Shown here one piece after another: positions 23,885-35,299 of a DNA stretch of 64,000 nt. The position numbers and the translations under genes are program-made. Below the pieces are notes generated by a model. That model was not told the origin of the DNA, ran no database searches, and was given only the letters and a program-made list of their open reading frames with translations. The stretch is from Corallochytrium limacisporum Hawaii (Eukaryota > Protista > Pluriformea), in contig PDIP01000064.1 of assembly GCA_002811645.1 (NCBI GenBank), positions 191,188 to 255,187 on the forward strand, read 5' to 3'. Position 1 is the first letter of the stretch. Every line of letters starts with the position of its first letter.

Positions 23885-24627
23885 GATTCGCTTTTCTCTT
23901 AATACTGCGAGAAACTGATCGAGTTAGAGAGCACTGCACGTCATAGGCAAATTACTGACCAGCTGCTGACTCCGGTCCTGTCTAATAGGTTTACTACCAA
24001 CTGTGTTCTCATGCGGATGGTCTGGTTGCCTGATATATGGGCTAGCGGAGTGAGCGTATTGAGGTGATGTCGGCAGACATCGCTACTGGACACCGGTCTG
24101 TCGGTAGTTTAGGTTAAGCCTTATACTGAGCCATCTCAAGTCAACAGACCCTTCCTCATCTTATACACTCACAACATCTGATGGGACTGCGCAGCCTAAA
24201 TATAGTACCACCCTGGGCAATAAATCATCGTAGCGCTTCCAATATAAAGAATATGCGTTTACAAAAATCAAAAAAAATCAGAGTGATCTGTATTGAATTT
24301 TCAGTTTTCTCGATTCTTGTTTTCTGTGTCGGTTTTTTTTATGACAAATATACCGTGAACCTTGTAAATGTCTGAAATCAGAATCCGCACTCGTGGGTGA
24401 AATGCAAGGTTTCCGGCTCTTGGTGGGTGTGCAGCGCGTACGTGCGCAGGTGGCAGTCGCGGAAAGAGTGCGCAGGGTATTTGAGGGGTTCATTGGCGTC
24501 TGTTCACGACCACTTGGAAGCTGAAAGAGCCAAAAATTACAAGACAGATCGTGACACGATGTTTGGCTCTCGAATGAAGTGAAATTTTCGTGGTAGTAGT
24601 AATCGTTTAAACGCACTTCACAACACC

Positions 24628-25599
24628 ATGTACGAGGGCCCCGAAAAATCTGTTCTCGAACTCATCGACCCAGTCCGTATTGGAGAGAAGAGGAAGAGAT
24701 CAGAAAGCGATAGTGAAGATTGGCGCCACCCGAAGCTGCCCCGCTGGACGGGGGAGCTTCCTTCTGCCCAAGCAATTCAGCAGGCCACAAAACAGATCAG
24801 AGAAGCGAACCAAAAGGACCATAGGGATTATTTCGTAAGAGAACTATCTGCATTGTCAATAAGAGCCATGCGTGCCGCCAAGGAACTGCATGACTGGGTT
24901 CGGGCACTGCATCGAGACAAGGTGTATAACAGCGAGGATGGTACCAGCGTCATTCTGACAATGGTTGACCTCGCAACGCCAATTGCACCCTTTGCCAATG
25001 CGCAGGGTCACTTCGGGTTCGGCCCACAAGCAACAAAGGGAGCAACGAAGGGAGGGAAAAAGGGAGGAAATAAGCGAGAGCAGGTAGCTAAGAAGCTGAC
25101 GATGGACCATTGGGCCATGCTCCGAGCAGGACTTAAGATGCCAACCTGCGAAGAAATGGGCCTGCTCAAGGCGGAGGCGGAGATTCGTCGGACAGAACCA
25201 GAGCCATTTGAGTCGACCATTCTTTTTGAGAAAATTTCGATGACAAGTTTTGAGCTCTGTGAAAAGGCAGAGGCACTGATTGCCAGTGTAGAAGCGCACA
25301 CAGGAGGCGGTGGTAGCATCAAGAAGGCACAAAACCAAACGAAGGAAGAAACCACGGACAGCAAAACGAAAGGGGACAGAGAAGACCACCACCAGGGGAC
25401 CCAAGATGTCCATACCCAGTTCCGCAGTTGGTTCATTGACTATCTTGACACCAACGCATCGAACGAGATGGAAGAGTTGCGTCAGCGCGTCCAGGATGAC
25501 CCCTCCCGCATTCCCGTTGTGCAGTCTGCGCTCAGGGCCCTGGCTGATTCCTTAGGTGAGGAGGAGAAGGTCGCGTGGATGAATACAAGCACAAACTGA
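24628..25599 (+). CDS. Hypothetical protein; C-terminus resembles the Rsa3 ribosome-assembly domain
   Basis: 972-bp ATG ORF (accATG), NLS-like KRKR; C-terminal FRSWFIDYL...NEMEELRQ...VVQSAL...EEEK pattern recalled as Rsa3-like. The CDS is secure; the family call is tentative. Confidence 0.7.
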   Translation: MYEGPEKSVLELIDPVRIGEKRKRSESDSEDWRHPKLPRWTGELPSAQAIQQATKQIREANQKDHRDYFVRELSALSIRAMRAAKELHDWVRALHRDKVYNSEDGTSVILTMVDLATPIAPFANAQGHFGFGPQATKGATKGGKKGGNKREQVAKKLTMDHWAMLRAGLKMPTCEEMGLLKAEAEIRRTEPEPFESTILFEKISMTSFELCEKAEALIASVEAHTGGGGSIKKAQNQTKEETTDSKTKGDREDHHQGTQDVHTQFRSWFIDYLDTNASNEMEELRQRVQDDPSRIPVVQSALRALADSLGEEEKVAWMNTSTN

Positions 25600-25695
25600 A
25601 CCTTAGGAATATATCAATTATGGTAGCATCACCAAACTCATTCTCAATGTCAAAAGGAAAGCGAAATCTGTTTTCATTCAATTCTCTTTGTTCAC

Positions 25696-28038
25696 TTATG
25701 GGTTGGCTGTCATTGCGGCAGTGATGGCCGTCGCTTTTGCACCAGCCGGGAGCGACCGTGATGCGGTGGGTGCCTTGTTTGTCTCCACAATGGCTACTGT
25801 CGGTGCCTGCAGTGCCTTGTTCCGGGACATAATCTGTGACTCTTCGAGATCATGCAAGTTCGAAAGTTGCAGCAGGTGGTCCACCAATTCCTTGACCAAA
25901 GGTACCTCATCGTCGTCTGTCACACGGTCCTGCATTGTCGGCGCTGCACGAACGAAGCAATGGTATACACGTGAGCACTGTTCTGCCGGCAGGGTCTGGA
26001 GGTCGAGATCCTCCGCGCGTTTGTCCTCGTGCTGCTCCAGAGCTCGTGTCTGAAGGCTGGAGATAGAGTCCAGAAACTTGAGACAGTTCTCTCGCTCCCC
26101 GACAATGAACTCGTTCATGGGCTTCATGTAAGGTTCCTTGTCGCCAAACTCTACCAAATTGCCGAGGTTCTGGATGATCTTGGCGAGGAGTGTACATGTT
26201 CTTGCTGCATTGCTCGGAACGTCGCCATTCCAAAGGTTAAACAAGCGCGGCCCAAGGATAGCGGGACAAAGGAATCGCAGGAAGAGGAAGCCACTGATAG
26301 CGATCATTTCCGTCTCCTCGGTCGCACCGGGTAGTTTGGCCTCCTGAACGTGGTGGCGGATATGCCAGTAGACATAGCGCATTTCCAAAGGCATTGAACC
26401 CGCCGAGGTCACAATGCACTGCCACACACGCTTTGAATACGCCTTGAGATTCTCCATGTTCTTTTCAAGGTTATCCTTCTTGCCAATACGCATGGGGTCA
26501 ATTTCTGTGTTCTTGTTCTCTTTGATGATGTCGCTGATGATATCCAGCAGGACTTTGTCCATATATGACCGACCGCAAATCTTTTGGAAGACATCGACAG
26601 CCTTGGAAGCCATGGAATTGCCACGGAACAGGGTCCCAGCATCGCTCTGACGGCCAATCTCTGCAGTTACTGTGTCGCAGACAAAGAAAATGGCCTTACC
26701 TTTCGGCTGCAGCATGCGAACAATTGCCTTGGCAGTGTCCTCACGCTCACTGCTGGTGCGACCAAGGACAGCACAGATAGCATAGTGGTCGTTCATGACG
26801 AAGTCGATGAAGTTGATGTAGTGGTCGGTATCCACAACGGCCTCCTCTGTGTACTTTACATTTAGGCGCAATTGCCCCATAGGGAACTCTGAGCTTCCGC
26901 TGGTTGACTTCAACTGAAGCAACCCACGCAGAGATCCACTGTGACTGTTTGAGCTGGACGTGGCCAAGCTGTTCGTCCGGTTGGCGGTGATAATTCCGTT
27001 ATCCCATATCTGATTTGCCATAGCCATCTTTACCATGACATTCTGATAGGCGTTAGCAAGCTGAATGGCGGGTTTGTATGCTTTGTTATCTGCTGTGATC
27101 AGGTTCTTGCTCTGCTCCTTGGACTCCCTTTCAGCCTGCAGCAAGTCTTCATCCTTGGGCTTGAGCATTATGAAGCGATTTACCGTCTGTCCCACCTTTA
27201 GATCTGCCATGCTCACGGTGTAGAAACCCATAAATACATCATCACTGGAATGTTTGGCCCAGACACTGATATGTAGGTGGCGTTCCGGTATCAGATCTGG
27301 TAGATTGTACACGACACGATCCCCAAATGTCGGATTTGAGCTCTTCTTCGCTGTCTTGGTGGTCCACATTGTGTCCAACTTAGCATCTGGGAGCATGTGC
27401 GCCACACAGTAGATCTCAGCCTCCTTCTTGCCTGCGAGGTCCTTGGACAAATCCTGGCCGGTCTTCACTTTCAATTCAAGTTGGTACTTGACCGGCAATG
27501 TCCAATTCGGCAATCCCTTTTCTGCTGCAGTTCCATGATTGACAGCTTGACTGGTTCCTGGAGTGTCGATACCTTCCGTCAAGTCCGTCTTCTTCGAGAC
27601 CTCCGTCACTGCAAGAGAAATCCGCAACGCACCTCGAATGCTGCCTTCGCCCTTGGCACTTGTGATGGGGAACCAGTACGTTCCGGGTTTCATCGACCGC
27701 AAAGCCCTCGGGGGAAGGACCACCTTACCCCTGGGTTCATCCTTGGTGATACGATTCGCTTCCCATAGCACAACCTCGACTCCGTCAAAGTCATTCTCAA
27801 TTTTGTGTTCCGACTCGTCCTGCCATTCTGGCTCGTTTGTGTTCCATACGGTGCGAGTGCGTGCAGTTTCCCGGCCATTGATCTTAACAACACAGTATGT
27901 GTCGCTCATACTAAGCAAATCATTGGACTTGAGATCCTTGGCTTCTGCCACCGTGAGAGTCAGAGCCCTTTGCCATTTCTGTTCCACTTGGAGGAGACTG
28001 TCCACGCTGAGTTCCTTGTGGTTTGGGGTCAAATCCAT
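25696..28038 (-). CDS. Ras GTPase-activating protein with two C2 domains (GAP1/RASA-family architecture, no PH-Btk tail)
   Basis: C2A (VAEAKDL...SDTYCVVKI...PEW), C2B (YCVAHMLPD...TAKKSSNPTF...LHISVW); arginine finger TLFRGNSMASK, GFLFLRFLCPAIL, KEPYM. ATG taken at 28038 (gccATGg) instead of the TTG at 28137. Confidence 0.93.
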   Translation of the reverse strand: MDLTPNHKELSVDSLLQVEQKWQRALTLTVAEAKDLKSNDLLSMSDTYCVVKINGRETARTRTVWNTNEPEWQDESEHKIENDFDGVEVVLWEANRITKDEPRGKVVLPPRALRSMKPGTYWFPITSAKGEGSIRGALRISLAVTEVSKKTDLTEGIDTPGTSQAVNHGTAAEKGLPNWTLPVKYQLELKVKTGQDLSKDLAGKKEAEIYCVAHMLPDAKLDTMWTTKTAKKSSNPTFGDRVVYNLPDLIPERHLHISVWAKHSSDDVFMGFYTVSMADLKVGQTVNRFIMLKPKDEDLLQAERESKEQSKNLITADNKAYKPAIQLANAYQNVMVKMAMANQIWDNGIITANRTNSLATSSSNSHSGSLRGLLQLKSTSGSSEFPMGQLRLNVKYTEEAVVDTDHYINFIDFVMNDHYAICAVLGRTSSEREDTAKAIVRMLQPKGKAIFFVCDTVTAEIGRQSDAGTLFRGNSMASKAVDVFQKICGRSYMDKVLLDIISDIIKENKNTEIDPMRIGKKDNLEKNMENLKAYSKRVWQCIVTSAGSMPLEMRYVYWHIRHHVQEAKLPGATEETEMIAISGFLFLRFLCPAILGPRLFNLWNGDVPSNAARTCTLLAKIIQNLGNLVEFGDKEPYMKPMNEFIVGERENCLKFLDSISSLQTRALEQHEDKRAEDLDLQTLPAEQCSRVYHCFVRAAPTMQDRVTDDDEVPLVKELVDHLLQLSNLHDLEESQIMSRNKALQAPTVAIVETNKAPTASRSLPAGAKATAITAAMTANP

Positions 28039-29986
28039 GGCCTCAGCCACCGCAGAAGCTACCAGGTCCCGAATCTTGCTGAATTTTATGAAAATGGGTT
28101 TGGCAACCCACTGCTTTGTACAAACTTTTGAGTTCAATTATCCGAGAACAGATAATTAGTTTGGAAGTCTACATAGACTTTTTCAGTTATATTGGACCCC
28201 TTTGCAACCCAATGTAGTCGTTCGCCACTGACGTTTTCACCGATTGTAAACAATTCACACAATTTCGGTTTCATGAGCCACATTTTCTGACGATCTCCAC
28301 GACCTCGACCCCTTTTTTGAAGTACCTAGAAATGGGTGATCACGATATGTTTGCAATCCTCTCAATGTGTCATAGTCATTGACAACATATCATAATCCCC
28401 CCATTTCGGTTCCAATAACAATGAGAGTAGAATGACATGGACATTCTCTGGCTCTTTCTCTAGGGCATACGCTTGATGTTACGTGTTGCGCAAGAAAGCA
28501 AAGGCAGACTCCCCAGGCCGATAATCAGACATTGGCCTACAGCCCCGGGCAGAAAGAGACCCTTCGCAGACCAGCCGTGCAAATTCCCTTTGCCTTTTCG
28601 CTCTTGACACCGAACCGGCCGGGCCCTAGGCAACGGGCTACAGATGAGACCCCAGTGTCTCTTTTTCCTGTACATTCAGTACTGCAACACCCGGTCGTTA
28701 CCAGCGCTTGCACCTCCGTCCTCCGTGGAAGGAAAGAAACGAAAGACGAAGGTGAAAATAAAACTGGGGTAGATCCACCCACCCGTCAGTTCCTAGCTCC
28801 ATAGTACTACAACGGGGACCCACTTCCTGTCCCTCAACCTTTCCCCCGGACCTCCCCTTACTTAGGAAAATTTGCCCACTGCGGTTCGACCAGGATATTT
28901 TTTCAGCCAATCAGAGTTTTGTTTTTGGGGGCCTATTTTCTGGTCACTCTTCGGGAACTGTCAGGGAGGGTTTTGGTTTGCAGTGGCCCCTTCCTTCACC
29001 CAACTCGTATAGGGATGGCCAAAATCTTCGGTTTGCCCACGAGCGTACACATGTAGGAGAAGAAGTTGTCGCGTGGTTCAGACCCGTATCATAGTGTGGA
29101 AACAACATAGCGTTCACTTGTACTGGCTACGTGGTAGTAGGCGAGCCCTAACATTGCAAAGTGCATTCTCAAAGGGAATTGATGATGTACAACGGAGGGA
29201 GGCTCTTGACCTCAGGTAATGCCAACGGTTCGGTAGGACGTCAATCTGGGTATTGATACAACAAAGATGCAGTCTATTTCTGGTTGAAACGAATCTGTCA
29301 TGGGATTTCGAAGGGCGGGAGAAACCTTTGATGTTAGCTTCGGTATGCTCGAGAGAGTTGTAGATGAGAAAAGGACAAACGGAAACGCATGGAACGAACG
29401 CATGGAGTTGGGATGTTCTTTACATGACAGCCGCGTAGCACTCAGAGAATTGTAGTCATTTGAGAGAGTATTCAGCCACGTTCGAAGAACGTGTCAGTCA
29501 GTAGGGTAGATCATCAATGGAAACGGTCTTTGTCATACACATTCGAAGTCCCAACCATCACATACATTCATGTTCAGCTCAATTTCTCTCTTGATGTGAA
29601 CGTGTTACTTACCTTTACACCAAATTAGGTTTTGGACTGTCGCATATGCGCTTGTCGTGTAAATCTGTGAATGGAATGGGAGAAAAGCTCAGACTCTGGT
29701 CAGTATGATGATCTCAAGAGAAGGAGAGTTTGTAGGGATAGGAAGTGTGGGACCTGGAAAGTCAACGCTAAGTGGAAAAGACTTGTTACTGCTTACTCAG
29801 GTCAAGTTTCTGCATTTTGAATCAACATGGTTGTTCAGAGAGATTCCCAAATTGTGGCGGTATCCCGCACTCATCCTCGCAAGCGCGTTGTACGGCTCCC
29901 ACTGGCGTCCCTAGCATCTCTTGTACGTTTAAGATACTCACTTTGTTTGATCCTCTGCTTTCGGACATTTCACTCCAGAAGAAACC

Positions 29987-30754
29987 TTACACGGGGTCAT
30001 GCAGGCGACCACCGATGCCACCATCAATCTGCAGAGCAGATCCAGTAATGAATCCAGCTTCTGGGCCAGCCAGAAACTTTATGAAGTAGCCAATTTCTTC
30101 TGGCATGCCAACGCGCTTCACTGGGTGGAGATCTTTCAGCTGTTGATAGCCTTCTGCGTTACCCTCAAATCCAGCTGCAAGCATAGGTGTGTCGATAGCA
30201 GCGGGAAGTACGGCATTAACACGGACACCATAGGCACCGAGCTCGATTGCCATGGAACGAGTCAAGCTGACCATGCCACCCTTTGACGTGGCGTATGCAA
30301 TGAAACCGGGCTTTGTCAGGTTGGCATGAATAGAGGCTACGTTCACCACAGATCCTTCGACAGCCTTTAAGTCGTCTAGGAAGGCCTGAGCAATAAAGAA
30401 AGGTGCGGTCAGGTTGGTCTGTAGAGTGGCATCCCAGTCCTCGGGAGTGTACTCGGGGACAGACTTGACGATCTGTGTGGCTGCATTATTGACCAACAGG
30501 TGCAACTTGCCACCAGTGATCTCGCGTGCTTTCTTGAGGAAGTCCTTGACATTATCCTGGTTGCGGTGGAAGTCAATTATATCCACAGTGAAGATGTGGT
30601 CAGCAGGAACGTCCTCTGGTTTGAGTTTGGAGGCCATGCGGTCAATGCCAATGACAACATACCCAGACTCCTTCAAGACCTTGCACACACTGCGTCCGAT
30701 GCCACCTAAGGCACCGGTGACCACGCAGAATTTCTTCTCAGACTGTTCCGACAT
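29987..30754 (-). CDS. Classical short-chain dehydrogenase/reductase
   Basis: TGALGGIG, LVNNAA, YATSKGG (YxxxK), VRVNAVLPAAIDTPM, FITGSALQIDGG. ATG at 30754 (MSEQSEKK). Confidence 0.95.
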   Translation of the reverse strand: MSEQSEKKFCVVTGALGGIGRSVCKVLKESGYVVIGIDRMASKLKPEDVPADHIFTVDIIDFHRNQDNVKDFLKKAREITGGKLHLLVNNAATQIVKSVPEYTPEDWDATLQTNLTAPFFIAQAFLDDLKAVEGSVVNVASIHANLTKPGFIAYATSKGGMVSLTRSMAIELGAYGVRVNAVLPAAIDTPMLAAGFEGNAEGYQQLKDLHPVKRVGMPEEIGYFIKFLAGPEAGFITGSALQIDGGIGGRLHDPV

Positions 30755-31233
30755 CGTTTGTTTTCCTCGTTGGCTCTGTGCTTTTAACTCACGAGACACT
30801 TCACTGACTGTTACGCTCTCTGCCAGTGGTCTTAATACCTTACTTCCATAGAGGCAGATGAGCTTGACAATAAACATCAAAAGAAGACATGCACATTATT
30901 TGACTCTGCTGGCAACCCCAGATGCTGCGACAATAAGAAACCACATACGACTCACATTCCCAGGCCGCACTCTAGCTGCGCACTCTATCCCGTGTGCGTA
31001 AACTCGAGTGCCTGAGGCGTTCTCTGGCTACCAAATGTTTTCACTTTGCACCCGCGCCTTAATGAAATGAATGGGGGGGTACACGAGGGATGGGGGGTCC
31101 AAATTTTCGCACCGGCTTCCCTTCCCATTTGATGGGTCGACAGGGGGAAGGTGCAGGAATTCAAGGTCGCTTCACAAATCTCTACATGTTTATGATAATG
31201 CATGCTTGCTAGGATGACGTCGTTAGTATGGGT

Positions 31234-31367
<134 letters not shown>

Positions 31368-31386
31368 AGCAAGGACTTGAATCCCA

Positions 31387-33570
31387 TTACATTACAGTGA
31401 CCACAGCCAGACTGGCCATTATCAACCAGAAGCTGGCGACCATACCACTCGCGCCGTCACTTCCGTCTGTAGTGCCATCTCCGACTTCTCCGTCGTCAGA
31501 GCCCGTTTCAGTGTTGGTCGGCGAAGGAATTTCCTCATCTGTTGAAGTCGGCATCGGGTCTGTTGTGCTGGTTGAAGTCGTTGTGGATGATGTCACGCTG
31601 GAGCTCGTATCATCGACCTCCAAAACTTCACCGAATTCGTAGGTCTGCCCCTGGACGGCCATGATCAAAGCACGATCGCCGTCGTTGAAGAGCACAGCGT
31701 TGTCAGATTCATCATTCGCGCCCTCGGGCAAGATTATGCCCTCCAGCGGTACTTGACAGTCGCCGTCAGATGCCATTACCTTCACGTAGTTCACCTCGCC
31801 GGCGGTAGTACGCTGGACTGTTACCTCAGCGTTGCAATTACTGAGTGCAAGCCGTTGACGAAAGATCTCGGCAATGTCATCGTGTTTCAAAGAGCTCACA
31901 GGAAGATTCAAGAACTCCTGTACTCCCTCAACCACGCGACGAATGTGAAGGGTGAGTAGAGAAGTCTCCTCGCCGGCGTAATCGATCCTGTTCATGTTGG
32001 CCTGGTGGTACATCCATGGGTCCTGACGTAGGCGCATCAATTGGCTGCCTAGGCGGATCGTGTCATTGCGGAGAAGGTCCTCCATGTCGGTGAAGGTGTA
32101 GCCTTCGGCATTCCAAGCCGCGACATTCTCCGCGGGCTCGGCAGCATTCCAAGCAATGCGCGTACGGAACCGAGGAACAAGCAGTATACCATCCTCACCA
32201 TTGGTCGCAACTGTGGTAATCCACGGCAAGTACCGGTCACGTGTGGGTATGGTGTAATCGTGGCCCCCATTGCCATTGTCAGTCAGGGACGAGGTCATGC
32301 CGAGGAGTTTCATGGCCTCGAAAGTGGCAGCGCTTTGCATACCGGAGTAGGTACCTGCAATAAATCCGTTTCGGGACCACGTAGGCCGCCCCTTCAATCC
32401 CAGAAGATCCTCAGCAATGTGTATACTGTACTCCAGCTCAATGACCATGTCTCCGGTAGACAATGCGGCCAAGTTGGCGTGGGTCATGGTGTGGGACATC
32501 CAATAGAAGCCGTCGTTCCATTCTTCAGATTGAGCAGCCCGAGCGAGCGGAAACTCGTCAAACCATTGCTGGTAGAACGTGCTGTCATTCCACCATTGGT
32601 CAGGCCACGGATCTGTGTACTGGTCCGGATTGTCTCCCTTTGCGCGGTAGTCATCAACATGAATTCCACGAGTGTTGTAATTGCCCCATTCATTGAAAAT
32701 GGTCTTGCCCTGGCCCTTCAGTCCCATTCCGTTGAAGGCAAGGTCGATCTTCATGTTGTTTCCAGTGACAGAATTGAAGTCGTTCGTCCAATCGATATGC
32801 CAGGAAACATCCTCAGGTGGCACTAGGTTGCGGCCCTTGTCATTAGTGGCCAGGAAGAAATCATCGACCTGTGGACAGACATGCATTTGTCGCGTACCTA
32901 CGAAGAAACCACGCGTGACCCATTGCAGGACCAGGTGTTGTAGTGCTAGTCCGGCCATAAAATGTCCGTCTGTGTTCGGATCGTCGGTCTGCAGATCGCT
33001 TAGAACATAAAGACGGCTCTGTACTGCATCTTGGTACACAACGGCCATCGTTGCGTCAGACCCCGTGCTGACCAGTGTGTCAAAATCACCGAGAGTCTGT
33101 GGGTTGGGAACCACGTCAAATATTAACCCGGTGGCATCCCACTCGACATCCCGCTTTACGATTGAATCCGCGAACCCCGTAAACGCGGGAATTACCCGCA
33201 GAGTTTGCTGTGCAGTTGGAGTCCGGGCAGACTCGGCAGGACCAGCCCAGTTCAGCGCGAGCCAGCGAGCACCATATTCATCAATGTAAGTTTGCAGGGT
33301 ACCTTCATCATCGACACTGACAGAGCCCACAGTGATCAGGCAGTTGTAAAGTCCCTGGCCATTTTCTTCCAGGCTGGCACCGTTGAGAGTGTTGTAGTAG
33401 TCGAGGGGCATGCCTGTGCCCTGAAAAACATCCAACCCCGCAAGGGTTTCACCTATAACCGCACAGCCCAGCTGCGAAGGGGGAGAAGCCACAGATTGGG
33501 CGCTGGACGAACGCGCCATTAGCCCTACCGTCAAACAGGCGGCTCCGACTACTGCAGTGATACCGATCAT
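31387..33570 (-). CDS. Secreted, probably GPI-anchored Agd3-like (CE18) polysaccharide deacetylase
   Basis: Signal peptide MIGITAVVGAACLTVGLMARSSSA; QWVTRG, QVDDFFL, FYWMSHTMTHANL, LVPRFRTRI, LRQDPWMYHQANM match Agd3-family motifs as recalled; S/T stalk and hydrophobic C-terminus. ATG at 33570. Confidence 0.78.
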   Translation of the reverse strand: MIGITAVVGAACLTVGLMARSSSAQSVASPPSQLGCAVIGETLAGLDVFQGTGMPLDYYNTLNGASLEENGQGLYNCLITVGSVSVDDEGTLQTYIDEYGARWLALNWAGPAESARTPTAQQTLRVIPAFTGFADSIVKRDVEWDATGLIFDVVPNPQTLGDFDTLVSTGSDATMAVVYQDAVQSRLYVLSDLQTDDPNTDGHFMAGLALQHLVLQWVTRGFFVGTRQMHVCPQVDDFFLATNDKGRNLVPPEDVSWHIDWTNDFNSVTGNNMKIDLAFNGMGLKGQGKTIFNEWGNYNTRGIHVDDYRAKGDNPDQYTDPWPDQWWNDSTFYQQWFDEFPLARAAQSEEWNDGFYWMSHTMTHANLAALSTGDMVIELEYSIHIAEDLLGLKGRPTWSRNGFIAGTYSGMQSAATFEAMKLLGMTSSLTDNGNGGHDYTIPTRDRYLPWITTVATNGEDGILLVPRFRTRIAWNAAEPAENVAAWNAEGYTFTDMEDLLRNDTIRLGSQLMRLRQDPWMYHQANMNRIDYAGEETSLLTLHIRRVVEGVQEFLNLPVSSLKHDDIAEIFRQRLALSNCNAEVTVQRTTAGEVNYVKVMASDGDCQVPLEGIILPEGANDESDNAVLFNDGDRALIMAVQGQTYEFGEVLEVDDTSSSVTSSTTTSTSTTDPMPTSTDEEIPSPTNTETGSDDGEVGDGTTDGSDGASGMVASFWLIMASLAVVTVM

Positions 33571-35299
33571 TGTTCTCACTGCTATATGCTTTCTCTCATA
33601 CGATTTTCTTGGTCTTGCACCACGTCTTACATAGCGTGGCGCGCTGACTTCTACGTCATACAATGTGGTAGGTCGAGATGCGTTATCAGTACCAATGGTT
33701 TGAGTACCTTTTTTGTTGGCCCCATTTGCAGCAGAAGTTTAGAGGACTGTGTAAGTTTCTTCCTGTCCCTGTCAGTAAGGAACCAACACAAGATCCAGAC
33801 TGATCATCGACTTGACCGGAGATGACCTGTCGTTGAATGCCGTTCCTCCATTGGCTTCCCAGAGATTGTGTTGCTCCAGTGGCTCAATTGGCGGGAGTTG
33901 TCCCCCGAGCAGTACTGAAACTATGGACGCAAGATTCATGGGTCCTTCCCCTCTCCCCCTTTCCCCTGCGTTCCCCATTTCCTTCCGTTCCGTTCTGAGA
34001 CCCTAATATATCGATGAAGAGTACACCCGCTGATCTCTCGGCTACTGCCCCACCCCACCCCACCCCATCCTTCGGAGGGAAAGGTAAGGGCGGTGGAACA
34101 GAGCAGAAACCGCCCCCCGGGGGGGTGGGTTGGGGGGAGACGAGGAGGACAAGTTGCTACAAGGTGGACAGACTGTCTTACACACTCTATAACATTAATA
34201 CAACAAGGCCACATGTCCCCGCACATTTCACCGGCGGACAGCAATGCGAAGTAAATTTCGTACAGACATTTGCGGCGAAGATCAGCAGCATATGAGACTC
34301 GTACTGTAGACCGCTTGATGTGAGCGATATGCCCGACTTTGACTATCGTGCAACCGAAAACGGACAGCGCTTGCCCCATCCGGGGGGGAGTCCATGACAC
34401 AGGGACGAAGCTAGTTTTGCCTATCCGTTTTGATTCGCCATGCGCGCGATAGTGAATTTGTGGACTCCAAACCCCGGGACATGAGAGAACGTGTAATAAA
34501 AATATTGTGGCCACCTGGCGCACCCCTCGCCTAGCCTCCTCCATATATGCCATTTCACAACACAAGGATAGCCCTCACAATACCTGGATTATTGACCAAG
34601 TTTGGACTACTGGCCGAATGCAGTACGCCGGATGAGACAGCACAAAACTTTTACCCGTCTCTTGGCCCCCCTCCCCGCGACAAAAATTTCGGATCTTGGA
34701 TAATATGTTCCACCTCAGCTAATGGGGCAGCGCGGTACTTTTTGGCCTGCGGAAGTCACCGCTATTCAGGACCGTGGGGGTGTGATGAAGCAATTTTAAT
34801 GGCATCCACGCACTCTGTCCCGTTTTGGAACACGACACCGGCGTCGGAAATGGGTGGTCAGATTTTTTCGGGGTACAAGGCGACGGACCCAAAAAAAAAA
34901 ACCGAGGAATTCCGGTGCTCTGGTGGGCTATCGATTTTTCTTCTTGCTTCCTTCCAAAAACCTTGTGTTAATAACTGATACCCTATTAAACTTTAATTCG
35001 AGCTAATGACAATGGGCTGCAGGGGTCGTCACGGTCAGTGTGTATATTAAAACACTTCCCCAGGGCCGGAGGGCTTTCTGAAGTGTGACGGGAAGGAAAA
35101 GAAAGGGGGAGGGGGGGGCGCAAGAGGGAACGGGGGATGAGGACCGTTCCGATTTGAACAGGCCCAATCCGTGTTGTACTTGTAAGGTAAATGGAATTAT
35201 GATTCTACAGGTGTATCTACAACAACTCATGGATATGTAAACTGCGAAATGTAAAATGGTACTCTTAGTGATGGAAAGGCAATACACGACGGTGGAAAA

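Noticed and set aside
29705-29914. P-loop-like GEFVGIGSVGPGKSTL in a short ORF
   Set aside because: Walker A spacing is imperfect and no other NTPase motifs follow; chance or an unrecognisable relic
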